Shown here: positions 46,898 to 59,259 of the stretch, piece after piece
Numbering within the stretch: the stretch's first letter is position 1
Layout of the letters: every line of letters starts with the position of its first letter
Assembly: GCA_977017575.1 (NCBI GenBank)
Contig: CDRNVI010000156.1
Coordinates: forward strand, 62,001 to 126,000
DNA length: 64,000 bases
Direction: 5' to 3'
Source: Paramoeba atlantica
Taxonomy: Eukaryota > Protista > Discosea
Position numbers and translations under genes: made by a program
Notes under the pieces: generated by a model
Told to the model about the DNA's origin: nothing
Database searches by the model: none
What the model saw: the letters and a program-made list of their open reading frames with translations, nothing else

Positions 46898-49800
46898 TCA
46901 ACAGAGAAAAATGAAAGAAAGAGAAGAAACACAAACACTCGAAATTTGGTTTTGTTGAGGGAATAATGAGAGAGATCGAGTATAACAAACTTCCTATTAT
47001 TTAATGAACTAAGTAACAAAAAAATCATCTTTTCAAAAAGAAGACCAGAAAAGAAACCTCAGGAACAGAACGAAAGTTCAAAAATCGAAGAAGAATTGTT
47101 TTGTTTCCCGAATTTACGAATTCATATTCACAGTTTTGATATTGAAGAAAGTGTCTGATTGAACTTCCCATTGTCTAATTTTTAAAAAGAAATTAAAATT
47201 AAAAGAACAATTCAAAAAAAAAAATCAAACAAAATAGGGTAAAAGAAATACCATAAGAAAATGGACATTCACAAGTCCATCTTTTGTTTCAACTTGATTT
47301 CCATCATAAGCATATCTCAATTCTCTCAACTAAAAAACAAAAAATCACATAAAGAAACTCACCAAAAATTAAGCAAAAAACCACAAAAGAAAGAAGTAAA
47401 AAAGAAATAAAAAAGAAATCAAAAGATGTAAAAACAAATAAAAAAGAAATAAAAATAATAATAAAAAAAAAGACCTTCGGCCCCATCCAAGGGAGAATTG
47501 GGGGTTCAACTGTTTGCAGCATATTTCGATATCCCTTGAAATTTAAATCCGGATCCAACATCTCGTCAAACTCATCAAAACTTTTTTTATACTGTAAAAA
47601 AAAACCAAAATAAAAATGATGAAAAGGAGGAGAAAAGAGAAAAGAGAAAAGAGAAAAGAGAAAAGAGAAAAGAGAAAAGAAAAGAAGGTTTTACTTTCGA
47701 GCTGAGAGTCGTCCAAAGTGGTTTGAGGCGGCGAATGGAACTTTGATTGAGACCACTGATAACTGCCGCCAACCCTTCGAAATTGTTTATCTTTTTGAAC
47801 GAAAAGAAAACCAAAATTAGAAGAAAAGAAAGAAGAAAAGAAAAAAAAAAAAAGAAATACTTTGAAAAATTGTTTTGCCAACTTGATCATAAAAACCAAA
47901 ATTTGCCGACGAGAGTTTTCCTCACAAAACAGAATCGATTCGACCACCATTGAAGAAAGTCGATTGAAAGTTTCTGTCATTCCAAGGACATTTGGTGAGC
48001 GGGTGAACTTATCTCTTTTCTAAAAAACACAAAATAGTATGTCAATAATAGTAAACAAATAAAAGAGCAACAAAATAAGATTTAAAAACTAAAAATTTAG
48101 AATAAAATTCAAAGAATAAAAAATAGCCTAGTAACAAATAATGTGGTAAAACAACAAACCTCCCAAGAACCACCAAGAAGTTCCCCAGGTTGAATTTTCA
48201 TAAACTTTTGGAACATAATTGTTGTCATAGTCTGCGCAACTTGTACGGAGGAACCACATAAAAACAAGCTCATGCCTCCTCTCACCTTTTTTCATTCGAC
48301 ATTCAACAACAAAAAGAGAGGGGAGGGAGAAAGAAGGAGAAAGAAGGAGAAAGAAGGAGAAAGAAAAAAGAAAGAAAATTACCAAGAGATGTGAAAAAGA
48401 CATGTCCAAAGAATCCAATAACTCTTCAATTTTGCTAAAAGAAAAAGAAAATATCAGCCAATCTATTTCATCTGAGAAAGAAAATTCAATAATAATTGAA
48501 AAATTTACCATGCGAAAAGGGGATCAGTAACTCGATAGTGAGAAATCATAGTTTGTCTCCAAAGGAGAATAATTTTCACAATCTCTTCTTTTTGCCGATG
48601 GGGAAAGGTGGGATCAGCCACATTTTTTGAGAGAAATTCTTTCATTGTCTCCAGTAATTTGTACTATTTTCTAATTCAATCAAAAAAAAAAAGAAAAGAA
48701 TAAAAGAAAAATCTCAATCAAAATAGAGAACCTCATTGATCCCAGAATTACCAAATGAAATAAAGAAACTAGTCCTCTCTTGAGGAGGCATCTCAACTAA
48801 ACTCCGAACAATGGTATCAAACTCATCTTTTCGAAATTGATACTCCAAACTACAAAACAAATCGTCTGGAGTGCTCGATGATGGTAACAAAAGATCACTT
48901 CTTGCCAAACCTCTCTTAAAAGAACTAGATTGGCTTGGAGAAAGGGGGAAATCTGACAAGGGAGATGAACATGAAGTGGGAGAGATGGCTGGCACAGATG
49001 GAGAAGCGAAAGAAGAACTTTCAGTGAGATCTGGAGAGAATTCAGAGGAAAAAGCAGTTGGAAATCCCCGACTCTGCGAAAGTCTCTTACGAATCATCGC
49101 CTTTGAGGAAAGAAGCCTTGATGAAAACCCTTTACTATGAGATGGAGAGTCAGCACTCCTCTCTCTATCTGAGAGTGGGGGTTGGGGAAATGAGATTCTC
49201 TCATTTTGGAGAGCTGGAGAAGAATTCGAAGTAATAAGAGAGCTCTTTTCTGTGGGGTGATCGGGCGACTGTGAAATTGGGGGAGTGATGCTCACTGGGT
49301 AATGGTTTTCTTGTCCCTGCTCTTCACCTTCTGATTCGATTGCTTGAGGAGAATAAATTCGCAATTTTGAGGGGGCATTGGCAAAGAAATTTTCGCTGGA
49401 TTGGGTCGAATTGAACTCTCTAAAAAAGCTCTCTGGTCAAGAACACACCCAAACGAGAAAGAAAAAATAAAATCAAAAACAAACATTGGAAGGTTGAACC
49501 CAGAGTCAGAACAAAATACTGCTTGTTCAACTTGGTTTTCCTACGAAAAAATCAAAGATCAGAAAAAGAATCCCAAAAAAGCTAAGAAAAAAGAAAACAA
49601 AACTGTCAAGTTTTTCTCCGAACTCATTCGAGTTGGAGTTGGATGTTTTCTTTTTGGGGATCCTTTCGAATTTTTTTTTTCGACTCGAAATCGAGGAGCT
49701 TTTTTCCCTTGAGTTGAGGATCTCCTTTTCACCGTCTCTTTCAGCTTTGAGAAAGCTGGGGAAAGAGAGTTCGAGGATCGAACGGTCTCCTTCTTTTCCT

Positions 49801-49919
49801 CTCTTCAAAAAAAGAAGGAAAATTTTTTTTGAGAAAAAAAGAAAGAAAAAAAAAATCACACAACCCAAAAAAAGACAAACAAAAAGAACTGAAAAAAAAA
49901 AAACAAACTTATCTGCCAT
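46898..49919 (-). CDS. RasGEF family protein
   Basis: EYQFRKDEFDTIVRSLVEM, ETFNRLSSMVVESILFCEE, NNFEGLAAVISGLNQSSIRRLKPLW, LNFKGYRNML..PPILPWMGPK, LRELRYAYDGNQ, EVCYTRSLSLFP. The start (MADK|EEKK) and the last few codons depend on splice calls. Confidence 0.82.
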
Positions 49920-50445
49920 CACACCGAACCACAAAAACGAAAAACAAAAAGAGAGAAAGAAAGAAAAGGTGGAGGGGGTAAAGGTAAAGGTCGAGGAAAG
50001 GAGACGCGACGCTCTGAGACGGAAAGGAAAACAAAAAGAAAAGTTCAGCGCTGACGTGGCAAGATTCTACCAAATTTGGAAACGTCAGAAGAATTTTGAA
50101 CCGTTGAATTGGATCCAAATCGATTTAAGTGTATTGAAAAACTTTTGTTTTTTTTGCTTGCGTGGTTTTGGTGGTCTTTGTTGTACATGCAGAAAAGTGT
50201 GTTCTTTTTCTTTGTTTTTGTTTTTGTTTCTCTCCCTTCTTTTGCCGAAATGTGACCAATTTTGGAAACAATTCAGCGGAAAAGTTTCCAAAGAACTGCC
50301 TTCTGACTTCTTTGTGTTGATTTAGGGTCATTCCTTCCCTTAATCGGAATCTGAAAATCTCATGCGCGTGCGTGAGTCTCGAATCATCGAGGGCCCTTGA
50401 CGGACGCAACTTCTTGGCTGGAATCACAAGTCATATTTTTTCGTT

Positions 50446-53342
50446 CTAATCTGGTTGGGGAGTTGGAGGAAGGAAACATGGAAAGCCTTTCAGTGCCTGA
50501 TCTTGATCATCATCATCGTATAACTGTTCCATCTCGCTCATGGAGATAGTTCGATTCAGAGTCTCAGAAGAACCTCCAAGATCGAAATTCGAAACATCGA
50601 GATCTTTCTGACGGACCAGAAGAGAATCATCTCCAAGAACAAAATTGTCTTCAACTTTAGAAGGGGGTGACCTTGTTGGTCGGGGCACAAGAAAAAGGGA
50701 CCATCGATAGCAAATCTCCTGCACAATAGAAATGGTCAATTTTCGGATTCAAAAAGAAAGGACATTTTAAAAAGAGATCAAACTTCAGGGACAGAATAAG
50801 ACTCGATAAATTTGATTAAAAATCTTGATTCGCCGATTGGTGGTTCAAAGTCACGTTCTTGGTATTTTAGAAAAGACTTAATCGATTGCCCAATTTCCTT
50901 TTGATATTGTAGTTGTGAGAAAAGAGCGTTCTTTTAAAAAAAAAGGAAAAAAAAAAAACGTACGAAAACATGAGGTAAATTCACATATCCAGCCTTTGTT
51001 TCAATTTGATTCCCATCATATAAATATCTCAATTCTCTCAACTGTGAATCATATTAATTTCATTATATTTTCGAGATTAGAATTCACCCACACACACACC
51101 AACACCCATTCCAATTTAACAAATGAAGAGAAAAAAAAAGTTACCTTTGGACTTAACCAAGGAAGAATTGGTGGCTCAGCGGTTTGTAATAAACATCGAT
51201 ACTTTTTGAAGTTCTTTTTTGGGGAAAAAAACTCTTCTAACTCTTCTAACCTCTTCTTGAACTGTTTTTTTAGAAAGTGAGTGAATAAAGTGAATAAAAG
51301 GACAGTTTTCCCTGAAAACATCGAATGAGGAAGAGAACCTTGTGGTTTACTTTTTTCCAGAGAGGCCGCAAACGTCGAATAGATGATTGATTCAACCCAC
51401 TAATGACCGCTGCAGATCCATCAAAATTGTTTATCTATTTAAAAACAATCGTTTATCAAAAAAGCAAAGATGTTCGAAAAGAAAAGACTTTGTACAAAAA
51501 GAGAAAATAGAAAAAACCTTTAATAATTGATTGGTAAGTTTAATGGCGTAAACCAAGTTTTGTAGACGGGATGATTCTTCGCAAAAAAGAATCGATTCAA
51601 CTACCATTGAGGCGATTCGATTAAAATTTTCAACCATAACCATCAAGTTTGGTGATTTGAGGTACCGATCTTTTTTCTTTTGTTTTTAGGAAGGAAATAA
51701 AAAAGATGAGTGAGTCCAAAAAGCTAAATTTTAAACTTTCTCTTTCAAGTGAAACGAAAAAAAAAACCTCCCATGAACCATCAATAAACTCTTCAAGCTG
51801 AACCTTTTTAAATTCTCTAAACATTATGGCAGTTAAATTTTGCGCAACTTGACCAATCCTCCCACAAGAACAGAAGCTCAGACTAGGTCGGCCCACCTTT
51901 TAAAAAAAATATTTTATTATGATGTTTAAAAAACGAATTTTAAAAATAATCTTGAATAATATTCTTTCGTTTAACTGATTGATGAAAAAGAAAACCAGAA
52001 GGTGAATCAGTGATTGGTCCAATGAAGCCAAGAATTTTTCAATTTTTCTTTTAGCAAAAAGGAAAGTTAAGGGATAGAAAAGATTAAAAAAAAAAGACAA
52101 AAAGAAAACTCTCATTACATTGCCAAAGAAGAATTATGAGTTTGGTAGTCTCTCCCCATTGTTTGTTGCCAAAGAATGACAAGTTTAACAATCTCTTCTC
52201 TCCTTTGATCAAAGTCATTCTCTTCAGTTAAAACGGAGAACATCTCTTTCATTGATTCAAATAAAAGACTCTAAAAAAAAAAATCAAATCAATCATCCAA
52301 AGATAACCAACAAATTGAATATAAAACCAAAAGAAAAAGGAAAAGAAATAAAAAAGAAAAAAAAAACCAATTCGATTCCAAACGAATCTTGAATCCCAAT
52401 AAAGAAACTCTTTCTCTCATGGATCGGCATATCAATCAAACAAAGGACAATCGACTCATAATCATCCCCAAAAATTTGATATTCTGCAAGTCGAAAACCC
52501 GACTCTCCCTCTTCTCCCTCATGCAGAAAACTATCCTCCTCTTCCATCGAGAAAGGAGGAGATTCAGTCCATTGGCCAAAACTAAAAAAATTCTTGATCG
52601 ATTGAGTATTTCTAGCACTTACAGAAGGAGAAGACAAAGTAAGAGAAGAACTATCGCCCAAAAGACCAAAGTCAGCTCGATTGCTCTTCATTGGACCAGA
52701 AGAACTTTTGAGACGAGCCCCTCTTTCCATCGAGTCTCCCCGAGCCAGTCCTCCACTTTGAGATAACAGTTCTCCCTCTTTTGATTTGATTGGAAAAACA
52801 GATTCTTCTTCTTTGACCTTGGGGGAGGATTTTCCCAGTTCGTTCGTTGGAATCCTTTTCAGCAGCAACGGCTTTCTGTTGATTAAATTTGTTTGAAAAA
52901 ATGAAAGGAGAGAAAGATTAATATGTGTTTGAGAAAAAAAAAACTTCTTTTTTGGAGGACTCTTTTCCTTTCTAGAGGAAATAACTGATTTTTCCATTCG
53001 TGAATCCCGAGACGAAGATGGTCTGGAAGAATCCAATACTCCATTACTTTCGATCTAAACCAAAAAATTGTAAGGATTTTCTCTTAGAACCCACCACCCA
53101 ACGAGAAAAAGGAAAGAGGGAGAGAAAAAAAAAAAGAAGACCTTTGCCATGTTTAATGAATTAAAACGAACGAGAGATGGTGGTGGAGATTTGGAGCGAC
53201 GCCTTGACCCTTTCTTTCGTTTTGGAGTTGAAATTTCTGAAAGCCTGATCTTCTTTGACTTTTTCTGAGGATTTGAATTTGGTTTCAAACCAGTTGGAGA
53301 ACTTCTTGACAGAAAATTATCTTTCTTTCCTCTCCTTTCCAT
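50446..53342 (-). CDS. RasGEF family protein with an acidic C-terminal extension
   Basis: EYQIFGDDYESIVLCLIDM, VQLEEFIDGSWE, ENFNRIASMVVESILFCEE, NFKKYRCLL..PPILPWLSPK, LRELRYLYDGNQ, EICYRWSLFLVP. The 3' end is uncertain and may splice on to ~50125. Confidence 0.8.
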
Positions 53343-53618
53343 CTTTCCCTCACCTGATCGCTGGGGAGGGAAATTTCTCACTCCGAACTTTCCGTTTCAA
53401 CCGGAAATGTAACAAAAGGAAAGTCAAAAAATAACACAAAAAAGGGTCGCTGAAATTAAGGTTTGTCCGCGATTAAGCGCGCTATTTTATTGAAATGCTG
53501 AAAAATGAAATGAGAAAAAAACACCTGTGAATTTTTTTTTCACTTTCTCTTTTTTTCAGTTTTTTGGCTGATTGCTGGGGAAACTTTGGCCTTCCTCTCC
53601 TTTCCCTCCCACCACCAA

Positions 53619-54341
53619 ATGGCCTTTCGTTTGGTGATTTTCTTTTTTGGTCTTCTTGCCTTGACTCTCTCAGCAGAAGATAGTCGTGGTGAGATTTGTA
53701 ATATTTCTCAAAAATGTGATTGTGAGGTCAGTTTGGCACGATCTTGCACTTCGTTGGAGTGTTGTGCTCTCCTCGATTCTGATGGTACTCTCCCTCCCGT
53801 TGTCCGTATGGCGGCCAAAAGGGACGAGACCACTTTAATCGTTCAATGTCTATGTTGTAGTTGCGCAAATATCACATGTAAAACGACAATTGATTTTGAA
53901 GTGGACCTTGATATCACAGAAATAGAATCTTCTAATGGAGATGGAGGAGGTGGTACTTCTGCTCTTGAAAAACCAACCGTCCAATTCCGAGATGTGAAAG
54001 AAGAAAGAACTATTGCCGATTTTCATCGAGAATTATTGGAAGATCGTCTCGAAGTGCGTGATTGTCTTGATATTCAACAAGAATGTTCATGCGAAGTCGA
54101 ATCTGATTCTTGTTCAGATGCAAGGTGTTGTGAAGTGGCGAACAATGTTCCCCTTGAGTTCTCTCAACTTGGCAGCAATCGAAACACCCCACCACGTCAA
54201 ATGGTGATGCGTGGTGGTAATGAGGGAATCGTTTTGGTTGAATGTGATTGTTGTTCTTGTATTCATGTTGACTGTAGTGATGATGTTGAGGTTGAGATTG
54301 ATGTAACCGCTGATTTTCTCGTTGGAGGGGGTGATGGTTGA
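53619..54341 (+). CDS. Intronless secreted acidic Cys-rich protein with two 11-Cys repeats (240 aa)
   Basis: Open ORF with coding-like composition and signal peptide MAFRLVIFFFGLLALTLSA. Two repeats share the order C..CxC..C..CC....CxCCxCxxxxC. Confidence 0.85.
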   Translation: MAFRLVIFFFGLLALTLSAEDSRGEICNISQKCDCEVSLARSCTSLECCALLDSDGTLPPVVRMAAKRDETTLIVQCLCCSCANITCKTTIDFEVDLDITEIESSNGDGGGGTSALEKPTVQFRDVKEERTIADFHRELLEDRLEVRDCLDIQQECSCEVESDSCSDARCCEVANNVPLEFSQLGSNRNTPPRQMVMRGGNEGIVLVECDCCSCIHVDCSDDVEVEIDVTADFLVGGGDG

Positions 54342-54359
54342 GTTGAGTTTGATTGTTTA

Positions 54360-55984
54360 TTAAAAAATAAATGGTTTCCCCTGTCTCTTTTGATGATAGT
54401 CAAGAGAGGGGTTTCTTAAAAAGAGAATCGAGAATGATGTTGGGGGGAGGAGAGTTTTTATTCTTATCCTTTTTGGGGCTGACTTCTGAAGAACGGGTTC
54501 GAAGATATTGAAGCAAGAGTTTGTCACAAGGAACAAACTCAAACTCATTATCTTGGTGTTGAAGAAATGTTTGAATGTTCTCCCCTATTTTCTGTTTTTG
54601 CTTTTATCAGTTCAAAACTTTTTCATGGGGCTGGTTTAAAAAAAAAATGACCACAAGATGAGAGAAATTAACAAATCCATCTTTTGTTTTGGTTTGATTT
54701 CCATCATACAAATATCTCAATTCTCTTAACTAATAATTTCAAAAAAAAAAAAGGAAAGTGAGTTCATACAAAAAAGATCCCAGATATGATACCTCAAGAA
54801 ATAGAAAATAAGACCTTTGGAGCCATCCAAGGAAGGACTGGTTGGTGTGGAGGAATTAATCGTAATACATCTTGATACTCTTGAAAATTCTTATCTGGAT
54901 ATAACAATTGATCTAATTCTTCGAATTTCTTTTTGTTCTGTTCAAAAATCACAAAGTTAGGCTCTTTGTTAAGAAGATTAAAAGAATGATCAAAAACGAA
55001 ACCGTCATATCGAGATTGAACCACAATGATTTCAAACGACGAATGGGTGCTTGATTCAAACCACTAATTACAGCTGCCATTCCTTCAAAATTATTCATCT
55101 ATTTCTTTTAAGATCAAAAAAACCATGAAGAGAGATTCTGATTACTAATTGTAAAAAAACCTTTCTTAAACAACTTGCAAGTTTGATCATGATCAATATC
55201 AAAATCCTCCAATCCAAGAAAAAAATTCTTCCTCTCCCAAAGTGACATTTTCATCAATTGATGGACAATCGATTTGTACTCCCCCTTTTTTTGTTGGGGA
55301 GAAAATCTTCTCTTTGGAGAAGGAACCATCTTCAAACGATCGATCGAGCTGGGAGAATACTCTCGTTTTTTTTTTGAACAGGGGGAAATGATCTCGAAGA
55401 AGAGAGACTCTCTCTCAGAAGTTTAAATTGAGGAGAGGAGATTGAAGAAGAGAGTAACTCTTCTCTTAATGGCGAAGGAGCAAGAGAGTCTGGAGAAAAA
55501 CGAACTTGGCGATTCGGAGAGAAAGGGAGAGAGAAATCCGAAGAGGAAATTGGAGCAAAATCAGTCTCACTCTCTACACTCGGGGATTCAGAGCTGAGGT
55601 GAGGAACATTCGAATGTTTTGTCCCATAAAACAAACTGTTTTGAGACACTGAACAAACAGAACCTCTTGAACATCGATTCTTGGACTTCTTCTTTTTTGT
55701 TTGTCTGCTTATTGCGAATTGTATGGTCAATAACTGATCGGAAAAAAAAAGAAATAAAAAAAAGAAAAAGCAAACTTCAATTCCAACATGTCCCATGAAA
55801 GAACATCACCCTACAAAAGAGAGCGAAAAGAGTTGCGAAGAGACAGAGAGAGAGAAACAAAAGGAAGAAGTGACCCTTCCCAAAAAACGATCGATTCCAT
55901 TTTTCTCTCATTCAAAGAATAGCGATTTTTGGTCCAGCTAAAAAAAGAACTTTTTTCAGTTCTCTCTCCCATGAGATGCAGCAT
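54360..55984 (-). pseudogene. RasGEF pseudogene (inverted paralog of 56593-58683) with an internal deletion and frameshift/stop
   Basis: Retains GEYKSIVHQLMKM..FFLG, NNFEGMAAVISGLNQAPIRRLKSLW and VLPWMAPK. It lacks the central exons, has an in-frame TGA at 55332-55334, and is out of frame after the deletion junction at ~55187-55192. Confidence 0.75.
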
Positions 55985-56592
55985 TATTTTGGGAGAATGG
56001 AAAAGGTTTGAAGTCATCGATTTTTCGAGTTGATTTTGTGAAAAGATTTTAAAATTCTTTCAAAGCGAAAGGAGAACAAAGAGAACTGGAAAAAGAGAAG
56101 AAAACAAAAAACGCACTACGAATAACCATTGGTATCTTTTTGGTTTTTTCTGCGTGAATAATTTAATGATTTTTGTGCTAACATGGAAAAAGTAATTCGA
56201 ACAAAAAGACTGATACCAAAAGAAACCCTTCTTTTCGTCTTTCTTGTTTTTTTTTGTGGGTTGTGTGTGGCCTCTTCCCCCTTTGGAGGACCAATTGGAG
56301 TTCCAGAAAAAATCCACCCACACGTTCCAGAACAAAAAGTAGACCCAAAAAAAAAGTTTCACAACCCAAAAACAAGATATCCGGTCCATCCAAAATGGGA
56401 AAAATGTCGGTGATAGGGCCTGAGTTTTACACGCGAATCGTCTCTCTTCTTTGGCGCTCTTTTCCTTTCTGAAACTGCCGAGCCCTCCTTTGTCTGTTGA
56501 GAAAGAGTCCGTTGGGTCCCCTTCTTCCTTTTTAGCACTATATTTTTGTTTGTTTTGGGCCTTAAATCGGAGCAAAAGTTTCAGAAGAAAAA

Positions 56593-58683
56593 ATGAAGAG
56601 TAGCTCGTCTCTTTTTCAGTTTTCCAAAGTGAAAGAAGAGAGAAAACAATCCTGTCCTGTCGTCTTTTCCACAAGAGTCGATCGTTATCTCAGTTCTCCA
56701 AATCCTGAAGAGAGCCCAGTTCCCCGAAAGAGGCTCCAAAAAAATTCTACAACGTTAGCAAGATCTCTCTCACCACCTCAAGATCTCCCGAAGAGAGAAG
56801 TTTCATTTGAATCTTCTTCCCCCTTTCCCTCTCCAAAAAGAGAAGTTTCTCTCTTCAGAAAAAGAAAAGTGGCCAAATCCCTTGCCCTCTCTCCTTCACA
56901 ATCACTCCCTTTCTTTCCGAGATTGCCATCATCCAATTCGATCGATCAAGATTTATCTGATTTGTATTCACTACAAGAAGAAGAAGGAGAAGTTGGAGAA
57001 GCCGTTCTTGTTCATCGGTTGATGAAAATGTCAATTCCAGAACGAAAATACTTTTTTCTTGGAATGGCAAATTTTGATCATGACAAGGTTTTTTTTATCG
57101 ATTTTTTTGAGGAATCCTTTTGATTCTTTCTGAAGAAAGAAGATACTTATGTTTCTTTTTTTTTGCGGTTTAGGAGAAATTATTGGATACGATGATCCAT
57201 TTTATTTCGCCAGAGAAAAGGAAATTTGAAGAAGAGTTGGATTATGATCATAAAGAAGAAATTGTCAAAATTGTTCTTCTTTGGAGAGAGATTCTCGTTC
57301 AGCATTATCGAAACTTCGATCCATTGTTTGCAAGGTATTTTTCTTTCCACATTTTTGAAGCTCACTCCTAATTTCTTACTTTGATATTGAAAGGAAAATG
57401 GAACGTTTTTTGAATACCCTTGAACCACCACTCTCGGATACCTTGGTATTTTTTTTTCTCTCTCTTTTATTGAATTGTTCACTTTTTTTATTCACCCTCA
57501 TTTTTTTCGATTTTAGTGTAACAAAGGAATGAATTTGTTCTTTTGTGGGAGAACAAGTTATGTTGCAAGATGTTTAACCTCATTTATGTTCCAAACATTC
57601 CAAAGAATCCAACCTGATGAACTTTTTGATGGTTCATGGGAGGTTCTTTTTGTTCTTCATATCCTTTGAATTTTTATTACCCCAAAATTTCTTGATGGAA
57701 AATAACCCAAAATAGAAAGGAGAAAAGTATGTTCGATCACCAAATGTGATGGCAATGACACATAATTTCAATCGAATTTCCTCTCTAATTGGTGAATCGA
57801 TTCTTTTTTGTGATGAAATTCCCCAAACTCAAACGTTGGGATTCATGATTAAACTTGCAAGTCGATTAAGAAAGGTTTTTTTCCGATGAGTTATCATTCT
57901 CTCTTCATGGTTTTTCTGATCTCTCAAAAAATAGATGAATAATTTTGAAGGAATGGCAGCTGTAATTAGTGGTTTGAATCAATCACCCATTCGTCGTTTG
58001 AAATCATTGTGGTTCAATCTCTCCGTTTCGGTTTGTTCTCCTCTGTTCCTTTGAGTCAACGAACCACAGTTTTCTTGTTGTGATATTCATTCTGATTTGT
58101 TTGTCAATCTTACAGGACAAAAGAAAGTTTGAAAAATTAGATCAATTGTTATCTCCGGATAAGAACTTTCAAGGGTACCGAGATGCATTGAAGTCAATCT
58201 CATCCCAACAACCAGTCCTTCCTTGGATGGCACTAAAGGTTGCTTTTTTTTCGATGATTTTTTTTGAATGCTTTACAATTGAAACTCTTTCAATATAAAA
58301 AGTTAAGAGAATTAAGATATTTATATGATGGAAATCAAAATGGAGAGGAAAGCTGCTCAGTTGTCAGTTTTTCCCATCAGATGGTTCGTTTGCTTTTTGA
58401 CCTGCTAAGGAAATTCTCTCTTTTTTTCTGAACAAAAGAAAACAGAAAATTGGAAAATCGATTCAAACATTTCTTCAATACCAAGAAAATGAGTTTGAGT
58501 TTGTCGGTTGCGACAAACTCTTGCTTCAATATCTTCGAACTCGTTCTGTTCCTGAGGTTTCTCACTTTTCTCAACCTTTTTTTTTCTTGCTCGATTCAAA
58601 ATATCTGAAAATTCTTTTTCTAACAGGAGAAACGATACGAAAAGTCAATCTTTCTCGCTCCTCTTCAATCTCCTTCTCCTTGA
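56593..58683 (+). CDS. RasGEF family protein (short N-terminus)
   Basis: LVHRLMKMSIPERKYFFLGM, KEEIVKIVLLWRE, HNFNRISSLIGESILFCD, NNFEGMAAVISGLNQSPIRRLKSLW, KNFQGYRDAL..VLPWMALK, LRELRYLYDGNQ. A further upstream exon cannot be excluded. Confidence 0.82.
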
Positions 58684-59259
58684 TGAAAATAAACGAAGAA
58701 GAAGAACACCAACCGCTGGAGAAGTGGTTGTTGTTGTAAACAAGGAGAAGGAGAAAATTCATTGGCGGGGTGAGGTTAAATCTCTTCCTTCATTCAAAAA
58801 TGAAGACAGAAAAAGAAGGTCTCTTTGGGGAACTTCAAAAGAACACAAAAATCTCATGTCAAAACTCCTCCTTTTCCCCCATTTCGCAACAAAAGTTGCA
58901 TTTCAACCACTGAGATGTGGCTGAAAAATGGCTCGGAAAAAAAAGGAAAAAACGAAAAACAATTTTTGGCCATTTATCGCGAATTAGGTTTCTTTTTTTA
59001 AAGGTTTTTTCGGGGATTCTTTTGGAAAGGAGCACATAACAAAAAAAATGTGAGAATTGTCAAAAAGGTCTCGACACGGAAATTATGCTCGGGTCTTTAA
59101 GACGGAAATTCGGCGGATAAGAAAAATAAAAAGACTTTTAAACGAAGCGAAAAAGGTAGTACGAGGAGTTTGTTTCACGGTGTGTTTTTTGTTCCAAAAA
59201 GAAGCGAGTTGCCATCTTTTCTCTCTCTCTCTCTCTCTCTCTTTTCGAGGGGATGTGTC

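Noticed and set aside
50125-50470. Possible GC-AG intron extending the 50446-53342 RasGEF into a basic tail (AKKLRPSRALDD...)
   Set aside because: Cannot be distinguished from read-through to the stop at 50446 without transcript data, so it is left as uncertainty in the gene end.
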